From a virus, in the IMG/VR virus record IMGVR_UViG_3300029820_000012, positions 1-36,474 of that record: DNA of 36,474 nucleotides. One strand, written 5' to 3'. Of the stretch, positions 15,813 to 23,523 are shown piece after piece. Numbering within the stretch: position 1 is the stretch's first letter; each line of letters opens with the position of its first letter. The translations under genes and the position numbers were made by a program. The notes below the pieces were generated by a model. That model was given only the letters and a program-made list of their open reading frames with translations. It did no database searches and had not been told where the DNA came from.

Positions 15813-17227
15813 TCTCGATACCTTACGCCGTGGCGTCCGCCGACGGCCTGCTCGAGGAGGACCGCGAGACGGTGCGCTGCCTGCTCAACAGCTGGCAGAC
15901 GCACTACAGGGGCAACCTCCTGCGATCGGACTACTACGAGGCGCGCAACATGCTCAAGGACCTCGGCATCTCCGTCCCCGACTCGCTGCGCGACCTGGAG
16001 GTAGCGTGCGGCTGGGGCTACAAGTGCGTGGAGGTCATGCGCGACCACATCGCCTTCGACGGGTTCACGTGCCCCGACGACGCGGACTTCGACGACCTGC
16101 TCACCTCCGTGGCCAAGCGCAACAAGATGGCCACGCGCGTCGGCAAGGCCGTCAACTCCGCGCTCAAGTACTGCTTCTCCATGCTCGTGGTGACGGCGGA
16201 CGAGGACGGGCACGCCCGCATCTCGGCGTACCCGCCGACGCTGTGCACGGGCATCTGGGACGACGTCCACGAGTGCCTGTCCTCCGGCATGTTCGTCGTC
16301 TCCTTCGCCAAGGACCGCGGGCGGCCCACGAACCGCCCGGACTGGGTCAACGTGATGCTGCCGGACCGCATGGTGCGCATCCGCGAGGTTCGCCGCAACG
16401 AGTGGGCGGCGGAGTACGTGGAGCACGGCCTGGGCGCCGTGCCCATGTTCGTCATGCCGCACAACCCCGACGACGACCGACCGTTCGGCGTGTCCAGGAT
16501 CAACTCCGAGGTGCGCTGGAACATCGACTGCGCCATGCGCGCCAACGTCAACGAGGAGATCGCCGCCGCGTTCGCCGCGTCCACGCAGAAGTACCTGCTG
16601 GGCACCGACGGCGACGCGTTCGCCGACAAGACCAAGTGGAGCGCCTTCATCGGCTCCATCTTCGAGGTCACCAAGACCGAGGACGGCACGATCCCGCAGT
16701 TCGGCCAGCTCACGCAGCCGAGTATGCAGCCCATGACCGAGCACTTCGGCAACCTGTGCAAGCGCATGAGCGCCGCGACCGGTATCCACGTGGGGCAGTT
16801 CGGCATCATGAGCGACAACCCCAGCTCCGCCGAGGCGATCTACGCCGAGAACGAGCCGCTCATCCTCAAGTGCAAGAGCTTCATCCGCGAGGCAAAGGCG
16901 GCGCTGGCGAACGCCGCGACCGCCGCGATCGCGACGGAGCTCGGGTGCTCATACGAGGAGGCGGAGGACGCCTGCGGCGTGTCCGTCCACTTCCTGAACC
17001 CCGCCATGCCTACCCTGGCCCAGCAGACAGACAGCTCCATCAAGCTCGCGTCTGTGGTGGACGGCTTCGCCGGCACGCCGACCTTCTGGCGGCTCAACGG
17101 CCTCGATGACGACGAGGTGCGCAACGTCTCATCCGAGATCAGGCGCAACGTGACGCGCTCGGCGGCGCTCGACCTGATGGCGGGCGCCGCCCAGGCGGCG
17201 GAGCCCGCGCCGCCCGCCGATGATTAG
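15809..17227 (+). CDS. Portal protein (TTG start)
   Basis: 472 aa. N-terminal ...RCLLNSWQTHYRGNLLRSDYYEARN is a portal-like motif. Sits between terminase and the head morphogenesis gene. TTGA overlap. Confidence 0.75.
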   Translation: MISIPYAVASADGLLEEDRETVRCLLNSWQTHYRGNLLRSDYYEARNMLKDLGISVPDSLRDLEVACGWGYKCVEVMRDHIAFDGFTCPDDADFDDLLTSVAKRNKMATRVGKAVNSALKYCFSMLVVTADEDGHARISAYPPTLCTGIWDDVHECLSSGMFVVSFAKDRGRPTNRPDWVNVMLPDRMVRIREVRRNEWAAEYVEHGLGAVPMFVMPHNPDDDRPFGVSRINSEVRWNIDCAMRANVNEEIAAAFAASTQKYLLGTDGDAFADKTKWSAFIGSIFEVTKTEDGTIPQFGQLTQPSMQPMTEHFGNLCKRMSAATGIHVGQFGIMSDNPSSAEAIYAENEPLILKCKSFIREAKAALANAATAAIATELGCSYEEAEDACGVSVHFLNPAMPTLAQQTDSSIKLASVVDGFAGTPTFWRLNGLDDDEVRNVSSEIRRNVTRSAALDLMAGAAQAAEPAPPADD

Positions 17228-18392
17228 CGCGGCGGAGTTCGCGGCATACAACCGGGCCGTGGCGAAGATCGGAGACGGGGCGGCATCCGACGTGGAGTCC
17301 GCCGTGCTCGCATGGTGCCGCGCCCACGGGGCCGCGACCGTGGCCGAGAAGCGCGAGGCCGCGAAGCTCATCATGGAGGGCTTCGTGCAGGGATACGACG
17401 ACGTCGCGTCGGAGTTCGCGGCGCAGTGGTACGACGACCTCGCCGAGCGCAACGGCGCCAGGCTGCAGCAGGCCGTCACCATAACGACCTACAGGCCAGA
17501 ATCGGTCGATACCGTTGCCAGATACCAGGCGAAGAAGCTCGTGAAGGGCGGCGACGCGGCGTTCGCCAGGGCGTGCGGCGAGTACGCCCGCAACGACGCG
17601 CTGCGCAGCCTGAACGAGACGATCATCTCCAACGTGGGCCGCGACAAGGACCACGGCGTGCGCTTCGCGCGCGTGCCGACGGGCTTCGAGACCTGCACCT
17701 TCTGCATCATGCTCGCGAGCCGCGGCGCGGTCTACCACACGCGCGAGTCCGCCGGCGAGTTCAGGCACTTCCACCGCCACTGCGACTGCAAGGTGGTCCC
17801 CGGCTTCGAGGACGACCCGGACGCGGAGCTCGTGGAGGGCGTGAGACCGGAGGAGTTGCGCGAGCGGTGGGCACAGTTCAAGAACATCGACGAGGACGAA
17901 AGTCTGACGAGTGCCGGCAAGGACGCGGCGAAGCGTGCCGTGCTCGGTTCGCCTGGGCCTCCAGTCGTGTACAAGAAGCCGAAAGAGACCTTCGCGCACG
18001 AGCGCGGCGGGTCCTACGACCTCGCGGCGCACGAGGCGCTTCGGGCGGCCGGTCACGAGGTCGTCGTCCGCAAGGAGTGCGCGCCGGAGGGCTTTTCCAA
18101 TATCGACCTGCTGCTCGACGGCAAGCTATGTGAGCTGAAGAGCCCGACAAGCGATGCGTCTGGCGTCAACGGGCTTAGGTTCATCGAGCGCAATATAAGA
18201 AAGGCAGTGCGGCAGTTCGAAAAGGTGGAAGGTGGGCCGGTAAAGCCCTCTATCGTCGTGCTTAACTGCGAGGAAGTCCCTGTGACAAGAGAGGACGCGC
18301 TGAAGCGCGTGCGGCTCGAGATGTCGAGGCATGACATCGACCGCGTTATCTTGTTGACCAGGGGCGGGGCCATAGACGACATAAAGAAATAA
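17220..18392 (+). CDS. MuF/SPP1 gp7-like head morphogenesis protein with a roughly 140-aa unassigned C-terminal extension (PD-(D/E)xK-like signature)
   Basis: CTFCIMLASRGAVYHTRESAGEFRHFHRHCDCKVVP is the conserved gp7/MuF C-x2-C...H-x2-C-x-C motif, ending near residue 205. Extension carries ...GHEVVVRKE...NIDLLLDGKLCELKSP... (E...D...ExK). Confidence 0.7.
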   Translation: MISAAEFAAYNRAVAKIGDGAASDVESAVLAWCRAHGAATVAEKREAAKLIMEGFVQGYDDVASEFAAQWYDDLAERNGARLQQAVTITTYRPESVDTVARYQAKKLVKGGDAAFARACGEYARNDALRSLNETIISNVGRDKDHGVRFARVPTGFETCTFCIMLASRGAVYHTRESAGEFRHFHRHCDCKVVPGFEDDPDAELVEGVRPEELRERWAQFKNIDEDESLTSAGKDAAKRAVLGSPGPPVVYKKPKETFAHERGGSYDLAAHEALRAAGHEVVVRKECAPEGFSNIDLLLDGKLCELKSPTSDASGVNGLRFIERNIRKAVRQFEKVEGGPVKPSIVVLNCEEVPVTREDALKRVRLEMSRHDIDRVILLTRGGAIDDIKK

Positions 18393-18445
18393 GCCCCAGG
18401 TTAGCTATCCAGCACGCCCAGGGCTTTTCTAATCAGATTATACAC

Positions 18446-18519
18446 ACCTGGCTAGCACAATGGCAGTGCGGCGGTCTCCAAAACCGCTTACCGGGGTTCG
18501 ATTCCTCGGCCAGGTGCCA
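18446..18519 (+). tRNA. tRNA-Trp (anticodon CCA)
   Basis: Hand-folded cloverleaf. Acceptor ACCTGGC/GCCAGGT, D-stem GCAC/GTGC, anticodon stem GCGGT/ACCGC, loop CTCCAAA, T-loop TTCGATT, 3' GCCA. Confidence 0.8.
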
Positions 18520-18520
18520 T

Positions 18521-18605
18521 CGGGGCGTGGCGGAATGGCAGACGCGCGTGCCTCAGGAGCACGTGGGCATCGCCCGTGCGGGTTCGAGTCCCGCCGCCCC
18601 GACCA
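18521..18605 (+). tRNA. tRNA-Leu (anticodon CAG), class II with long variable arm
   Basis: Acceptor CGGGGCG/CGCCCCG. Anticodon stem CGTGC/GCACG, loop CTCAGGA. Variable arm TGGGCATCGCCCGT. T-loop TTCGAGT. 3' ACCA. Confidence 0.8.
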
Positions 18606-18616
18606 AAAGTTGAACC

Positions 18617-18642
18617 AGGCCATCCGCACGGGTGGCCTTTTT
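18617..18642 (+). terminator. Intrinsic terminator after the tRNA pair (AGGCCA...TGGCCT stem, TTTTT)
   Basis: Read directly. Confidence 0.6.
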
Positions 18643-18655
18643 CATGCCGAAAAGA

Positions 18656-18691
18656 GCCCCGCACGGGGCAAGACGATGCCCCGCACGGGGC
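18656..18691. promoter_or_regulatory. Two direct copies of the near-palindromic 14-mer GCCCCGCACGGGGC, 22 bp apart, upstream of the scaffold/capsid genes
   Basis: Read directly. The same 10-mer core forms the hairpin at 1014-1049. Confidence 0.6.
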
Positions 18692-18709
18692 GGAAATGGA
18701 GGGAGCATG

Positions 18710-19228
18710 GCCCAGGAGACCACGCCCGCCGAGACCGATCCGACCAACCCTGCACAGGGCGGAGACGCCGGTCAGGAGCCCGACTACAAGGCGCTCTACG
18801 AGAACGCGCTGAAGGAGTCGCGCAAGTGGGAGAGCCGCTCGAAGGCGAACCTCAAGGAGCTCGACGAGCTCAAGGCCGCGGCACCCAAGGCGGACCCGAC
18901 CGTGGAGGAGCGCCTGAGCGCGCTCGAGAGCGAGAACGCCGCCCTCAAGGCGACCGCCGCCCGCTCCGCGCTCGTCGACTCCGTGGCCAAGGCCACCGGA
19001 CTCGACCGCTCCATCGTGGCCACGCTCAACGGCGAGGACGAGGACGCGCTCACCGAGCAGGCCAAGGCCGTGGCGGCCATCACGAAACCGGCCGGCGGCG
19101 CGCCGAAGGCGCCCGAGGCCGGCGGCAAGCCCAAGCCCGGCAAGCCCTCCAAGAAGGACATCCTCGGAATCGAGGACAAGAAGGAACGCATGGCGGCCAT
19201 CGCCGCCAACATCGACCTCTTCAAGTAA
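18710..19228 (+). CDS. Scaffolding protein
   Basis: 172 aa, Ala/Lys/Glu-rich coiled coil (LKELDELKAAAPK...LSALESENAALKATAARS). Immediately upstream of the major capsid gene. GGAGGG SD. Confidence 0.65.
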   Translation, partial: AQETTPAETDPTNPAQGGDAGQEPDYKALYENALKESRKWESRSKANLKELDELKAAAPKADPTVEERLSALESENAALKATAARSALVDSVAKATGLDRSIVATLNGEDEDALTEQAKAVAAITKPAGGAPKAPEAGGKPKPGKPSKKDILGIEDKKERMAAIAANIDLFK

Positions 19229-19246
19229 GGGGAGAAAGGGGCCCCA

Positions 19247-20092
19247 ATGCCCGATATCAAGACCCTCGCAGCCGCGCGCAACGTCGACCTCGTGAACACC
19301 TTCACCAAGTCGCTCGAGAAGCTCACGGCTATGCTGTCCACCTGCGCGCCCATCCACGCGGCCGTTGGCGAGACGCTCCACCAGAAGAAGATCATCGGCA
19401 AGCTCTCCGAGGCCGAGTACACCCCCGGCCAGGACATCCCGCTGTCCAGCTACGACTACGCGGACGTCGCGACCTACGAGGTGACGCTCAAGCCCTACCG
19501 CAGGCAGACCATGCTGCAGGAGGTCAAGAAGCGCGGCTACGACGGCGCCGTCGACAAGACCGACGCCGCGATGATCTCCGACATGCAGCGCGACATCAAG
19601 AAGGACTTCGTCGCCGCGCTCGGCGCCGAGGGCACCACGGCCGCGACCGGCAAGAGCCTCGTGGCCACCGCCGCGAACGCCTGGGCCGCCCTGTCCAACC
19701 TCACCGAGGAGTACGGCTTCGGCAGCGGCGAGACCGTCTACTTCGCCAACCCGGTCGACTTCGCCAAGCAGATCGGCGAGTCCGAGGTCTTCAGCGCCTT
19801 CGGCATCTCCTACATCGAGAACTGGGCGGGCCTGGGCACGCTCGTGTCCACCGGCTCCGTCGCCGCCGGCACGATCTACGCGACCGTCAAGGACAACATC
19901 AAGGTCTACGTCGCTCCGACCGACGGCGACGACCTGTTCGGCTTCTACTCCGACGAGAGCGGCTACATCGCCGTGTCCCACTCGCCCGAGCTCAAGAGCC
20001 TGACCTACGACACCGTGGCCTACGTCGGCCTCGTGTTCTTCGCCGAGTACATCGACTTCGTGGTCAAGGGCACCATCGCCCCGACCGCCTAG
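19247..20092 (+). CDS. Major capsid protein
   Basis: 281 aa. Position after the scaffold gene. Gly/Ala/Thr-rich composition typical of HK97-fold capsid proteins. AAAGGGG SD. Confidence 0.7.
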   Translation: MPDIKTLAAARNVDLVNTFTKSLEKLTAMLSTCAPIHAAVGETLHQKKIIGKLSEAEYTPGQDIPLSSYDYADVATYEVTLKPYRRQTMLQEVKKRGYDGAVDKTDAAMISDMQRDIKKDFVAALGAEGTTAATGKSLVATAANAWAALSNLTEEYGFGSGETVYFANPVDFAKQIGESEVFSAFGISYIENWAGLGTLVSTGSVAAGTIYATVKDNIKVYVAPTDGDDLFGFYSDESGYIAVSHSPELKSLTYDTVAYVGLVFFAEYIDFVVKGTIAPTA

Positions 20093-20111
20093 GCAACCCT
20101 AAGGAGCATCC

Positions 20112-20459
20112 ATGATCGCTTTGGTCACCTACCCGTACCGTGACCGCGAGACCCTCGCGGTGCATCTCGTGGGGGAGGAGGTCGAGCTGACCGACGAGCG
20201 CTTCGCGGAGCTGTCCGCCGGCGGCTTCGTCGACCTCCCGCCCGCCGAGCCCGAGGTTAGCGCGGAGCCCGTCGAGGACGATGGCGCCGAGGGAGAGGGC
20301 GTTGAGGACGCCGCGCCCGCGCCCGAGCAGCCCGTGCCCGAGAAGCCCGCGAACGATATGACCGTGCAGCAGCTTCGCGCTGCCATCGAGGCCGCCAACG
20401 GCTTCGCGCCGCGCAAGGCGACCAAGGCCGAGCTCATCGCCATCCTGGAGACGCTCTAG
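20112..20459 (+). CDS. Head-associated protein with C-terminal HeH/Rho-N-like motif
   Basis: C-term MTVQQLRAAIEAANGFAPRKATKAELIAILETL resembles the SAP/HeH motif. AAGGAG SD. Confidence 0.45.
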   Translation: MIALVTYPYRDRETLAVHLVGEEVELTDERFAELSAGGFVDLPPAEPEVSAEPVEDDGAEGEGVEDAAPAPEQPVPEKPANDMTVQQLRAAIEAANGFAPRKATKAELIAILETL

Positions 20460-20875
20460 TGGACGCCTTCGCGACCGTCGCCGACTACATCGCACGATGC
20501 GGCCCCGTCGATGACGGGGACGAGGGCAGGGTCGCGGCCATGCTCGAGGACGCATCGGCGCACCTGCGCGGCGCGTACCGGCGCCATATGGGCAGCGACT
20601 ACGCCGCCGGCGTCAACGCCACGTTCGACGAGAACGTGAAGCCCGTCTGCGTGGCCATGGTCGCCCGCGCGGTCAACGCGCCCGGCGCCATGGCGGGCAT
20701 CACCCAACAGTCAGAAACTGCAGGCCCGTACTCGTCCAGCTTCACGTTCGCGAACCCCACGGGAGACCTCTACCTGGGGCGCTCCGACCTCAAGCGGCTC
20801 GGCCTCGCCGGCTGCCGCGTGCGCAGCATAGACGCCATGACCGCCGCCGACAGGGAGGGGGATGCGGATGTTTAG
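20459..20875 (+). CDS. Head-tail connector (gp6-like) protein
   Basis: N-term ATVADYIARCGPVDDGDEGRVAAMLEDASAHLR matches the gp6 connector family pattern. GTG start overlapping the upstream TAG. Confidence 0.55.
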   Translation: MDAFATVADYIARCGPVDDGDEGRVAAMLEDASAHLRGAYRRHMGSDYAAGVNATFDENVKPVCVAMVARAVNAPGAMAGITQQSETAGPYSSSFTFANPTGDLYLGRSDLKRLGLAGCRVRSIDAMTAADREGDADV

Positions 20876-21203
20876 GACCGTCACCGTCCAGGTGATCGCG
20901 CCGCAGGAGCCGGCCACCGACGCTCACGGCAACGCAGTGTGCGAGCTCGGCGCGGCAGAGGACGTACCCGGCGTGCTGCCCCAGCCGGGCGGCACGGCCG
21001 ACCTCTCCGCACCGCGCCCCGAGGGGACCGCCGTCTCCATGACGTTCCATTGGCCGCGCGGCGACCGACGCTCGCTGCGCCGCTGCCTAATCCGCTACGA
21101 CGGACGTGCGTACCGTGTGATCGGCGACCCCCAGCCCTATCTGCCGGCCAACTGCCCCGGGCAGTTCGACCGCGCCGTCGAGTGCGAGGCCGTCGATGGG
21201 TAG
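20862..21203 (+). CDS. Head closure / head-tail adaptor protein
   Basis: 113 aa. Position and size consistent. GGGGGATG SD. Confidence 0.5.
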   Translation: MRMFRTVTVQVIAPQEPATDAHGNAVCELGAAEDVPGVLPQPGGTADLSAPRPEGTAVSMTFHWPRGDRRSLRRCLIRYDGRAYRVIGDPQPYLPANCPGQFDRAVECEAVDG

Positions 21204-21483
21204 GCGCGTGCGCGTCACGCCCGTGATGTCGGGCGTGCGCGCCGTGCTCAAGTCGGACGGCGTCAAGGCGATGCTCGAGTCCCAGGCCGCGGCCGCCGCC
21301 GCGCGCTGCAATGTCATGTGCGACCCGGCGCTCAGGCGCGCCGGCGCACGCTACGAGTCCAAGGGCGTGCAGCGCGGCTATACCGCCGGCGGCCTGGTCT
21401 ACGAGGCGGGCGAGAGGGACGGCAGGCTCGCCGGCCTAGACAACCTGCGCAACAACACGCTCAGGAAGGGGTGCGGTCTCTGA
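21196..21483 (+). CDS. Neck / tail-completion protein (HK97 gp10-like position)
   Basis: 95 aa. Translationally coupled (overlap) with its neighbours. Confidence 0.4.
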   Translation: MGRRVRVTPVMSGVRAVLKSDGVKAMLESQAAAAAARCNVMCDPALRRAGARYESKGVQRGYTAGGLVYEAGERDGRLAGLDNLRNNTLRKGCGL

Positions 21484-21830
21484 TGTTCGACATCCTGGCC
21501 GTCCTGCCGCAAGAGCTCGGCGCCGCGCTCGGCGTCCCGTGCTCCACGACAGTTCCGAGCGATAAGCCCGACAGGTTCGCCACGGTCGAGCGCACCGGCG
21601 GTCCGTCCGGCCCCGGCCGCGACAACCCGTACCTGGCGGTCCAGACGTGGGCCAGCACGGAGGCCGAGGCCTACGCGCTCGCGCTCATGGCCCGCGAATG
21701 GCTCACCTGGTGCTGGGAGGCCATACCCGAGGTCTGCAGCGTGTCCGTGGAGGGCACCATGCGCTTTCCCGACCCCGACAGCCGCTTCGAGCGGTACCAG
21801 ATCAACGTTTACATGGTGACGCGCCCGTAG
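21483..21830 (+). CDS. Tail terminator-like protein
   Basis: 115 aa. TGATG overlap. Precedes the major tail protein. Confidence 0.45.
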   Translation: MFDILAVLPQELGAALGVPCSTTVPSDKPDRFATVERTGGPSGPGRDNPYLAVQTWASTEAEAYALALMAREWLTWCWEAIPEVCSVSVEGTMRFPDPDSRFERYQINVYMVTRP

Positions 21831-21853
21831 CGCGCCACAGGAAGGAGGGCCAC

Positions 21854-22510
21854 ATGTCCGAGACCCCCATGTTCGACAAGGACTCCGTCGGCGTAGCCAA
21901 GGGACGCCCCGGCGGCTACGCCGCCGTGTTCCCGGCGGGCACCGACATCAGCGTCTTGGCCGACCCGTCCAAGACACTCAAGGAGCTCATCGATCAGCAC
22001 CACGGCGCCTCTCTCGGCTACATCTCGGAGGACGGCGTGACGTTCACGACCGACACCGACTCCGAGGGGCACAACGACTGGGGAGGCTCCGAGGTCGCGC
22101 GCGACCTCACGAGCTACGCCGACTCCGCACAGATGACCTTCATCCAGTCGTCCGTCGCCGTTCTCAAGACCATCTACGGAGACGACAACGTGACGGAGAG
22201 CGGCGCGACCGTCACCATCCGCCACAACCGCAACTTCACCGACCCGCACGTCTACGTGTTCGACTCAGTCATCTCCTCGACCAAGGTCCTGCGCAACGTC
22301 ATCCCGATCGGCCAGGCGTTCGAGCGAGACGACGTCTCCTACAACAGCTCCGACCTGCTCGGCTACACGCCGACCATCACGTGCGTGCCCTACAACGACG
22401 ACGGCGACACCCACACGACCGCCATCTACGACACCGTCAAGGCCGCACAGGTAGCGCAGGACGAGGGGCGCGCGCAGGGCGATGAGGAGCCCAAGGCCGT
22501 CACGGCCTAG
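21854..22510 (+). CDS. Major tail protein
   Basis: 218 aa. GGAAGGAGGG SD. Position between tail terminator and chaperones. Ser/Thr/Asp-rich beta-type composition. Confidence 0.6.
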   Translation: MSETPMFDKDSVGVAKGRPGGYAAVFPAGTDISVLADPSKTLKELIDQHHGASLGYISEDGVTFTTDTDSEGHNDWGGSEVARDLTSYADSAQMTFIQSSVAVLKTIYGDDNVTESGATVTIRHNRNFTDPHVYVFDSVISSTKVLRNVIPIGQAFERDDVSYNSSDLLGYTPTITCVPYNDDGDTHTTAIYDTVKAAQVAQDEGRAQGDEEPKAVTA

Positions 22511-22527
22511 CCGGACAACAGACAAAG

Positions 22528-22613
22528 GGGAGGGGCATCCGCCCCTCCCGTCCCGCCAAATGCTTGCGGCGGGCGCTGCGCGGTAGGCGCCGCAGCGCCC
22601 TCCGCAAGCATTT
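22528..22613 (+). promoter_or_regulatory. Two consecutive strong hairpins (9-bp GGGAGGGGC/GCCCCTCCC, then a roughly 22-bp interrupted stem AAATGCTTGCGG...CCGCAAGCATTT) between the major tail and chaperone genes
   Basis: Read directly. No U-tract after either. Confidence 0.6.
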
Positions 22614-22633
22614 GCGCCTACAAAGGAGGATTT

Positions 22634-23134
22634 ATGGACATCAATGAGATGACCCCCGAGCAGCTGCGAGAGATGGCGGAGTCCAAGGAGCGCATGCGCG
22701 CGCACCTGGAGGAGCGGTACCTTGGGTTCACCCCCGCGCCCATCGTCGAGTTCGACCCTTCGGCGAAGCGCCAGGCGCTGCAGCCCTGGGAGAAGGCCGT
22801 GGAGGTGGAGGGCGTCGAGTACACGCTCGACATGCGCCGCTTCCGCTCGCGCAAGGTGCTCAAGCAGATCGCGCGCGCACAGCGCGGGAGCGCGGCTCGC
22901 AACAGCGTCTACGAGAAGGCCATCCGCTCGGGTATGACCGAGGAAGAAGCTACCGCCGCGGCCAACGAGGGCGTCAGCATCGACGAGCAGCTCGGCTACC
23001 TGACCGCCATGCTCGGCGAGGAGGTCGAGGACAGGGTCGCCGAGGCGGTGACCGCCAAGATGGGCTACGACGACATCGAGGAGATCGTCCGCATCGAGGG
23101 GCTGCTCATCGAATCCGCGAGCCTAAAAAACTAG
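22634..23134 (+). CDS. Tail assembly chaperone (gpG-like)
   Basis: 166 aa, acidic. AAAGGAGGA SD. Ends with the slippery A_AAA_AAC immediately before the stop. Confidence 0.7.
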   Translation: MDINEMTPEQLREMAESKERMRAHLEERYLGFTPAPIVEFDPSAKRQALQPWEKAVEVEGVEYTLDMRRFRSRKVLKQIARAQRGSAARNSVYEKAIRSGMTEEEATAAANEGVSIDEQLGYLTAMLGEEVEDRVAEAVTAKMGYDDIEEIVRIEGLLIESASLKN

Positions 23135-23508
23135 TCGCGCTCGTCGACGTCCTGCTCGACGGGCGCGACGAGCTCAAGGCGGACCTCCGCCAGTACTATT
23201 CGCTTGACCTGGACGATGCCATCACCGGCGGCGACTTCGACGGACTCCTCACGCTCGTGGGGCAGCTGCCGCCGCAGTCGCGCACGGTGTCGCGCATCGA
23301 CCCGCGCGCGACATGGGACGAGCACGCCTACCTGCTCGCCCTGGCCGTCGACAACCTCTCCTTCCTGCGCTACGAGAACGCCGGGGGCAAGGGCAGGAAG
23401 CCCGACCCCCTGAAGCGCCCGAAGGCCAGGGCCGCCGAGCACGCCGCCCGCCGTCTCGACCTAAGCCGGGACGAGGTCGACTCCCTGCTGTTCGGGGAGC
23501 GCTCATAG
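23131..23508 (+). CDS. -1 frameshift extension of the tail chaperone (gpGT-like fusion; slippery heptamer A_AAA_AAC at 23125-23131)
   Basis: The -1 frame is open and GC3-rich from the slip site to 23508 with no start or SD of its own. This is the conserved G/GT arrangement upstream of the tape measure gene. Confidence 0.65.
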   Translation, partial: LVALVDVLLDGRDELKADLRQYYSLDLDDAITGGDFDGLLTLVGQLPPQSRTVSRIDPRATWDEHAYLLALAVDNLSFLRYENAGGKGRKPDPLKRPKARAAEHAARRLDLSRDEVDSLLFGERS

Positions 23509-23523
23509 GTAGGTGATCAACCC

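Noticed and set aside
18446-18605. The phage tRNAs as amber suppressors explaining the in-frame TAGs of the fibre module
   Set aside because: Anticodon loops read CCA (Trp) and CAG (Leu). Neither can pair with UAG.
18460-20115. 551-aa plus ORF and 18488-19981 minus ORF spanning the tRNAs, scaffold and capsid genes
   Set aside because: Extremely Arg/Gly-rich. Runs through two tRNA genes and alternate frames of scaffold and capsid. Not coding.
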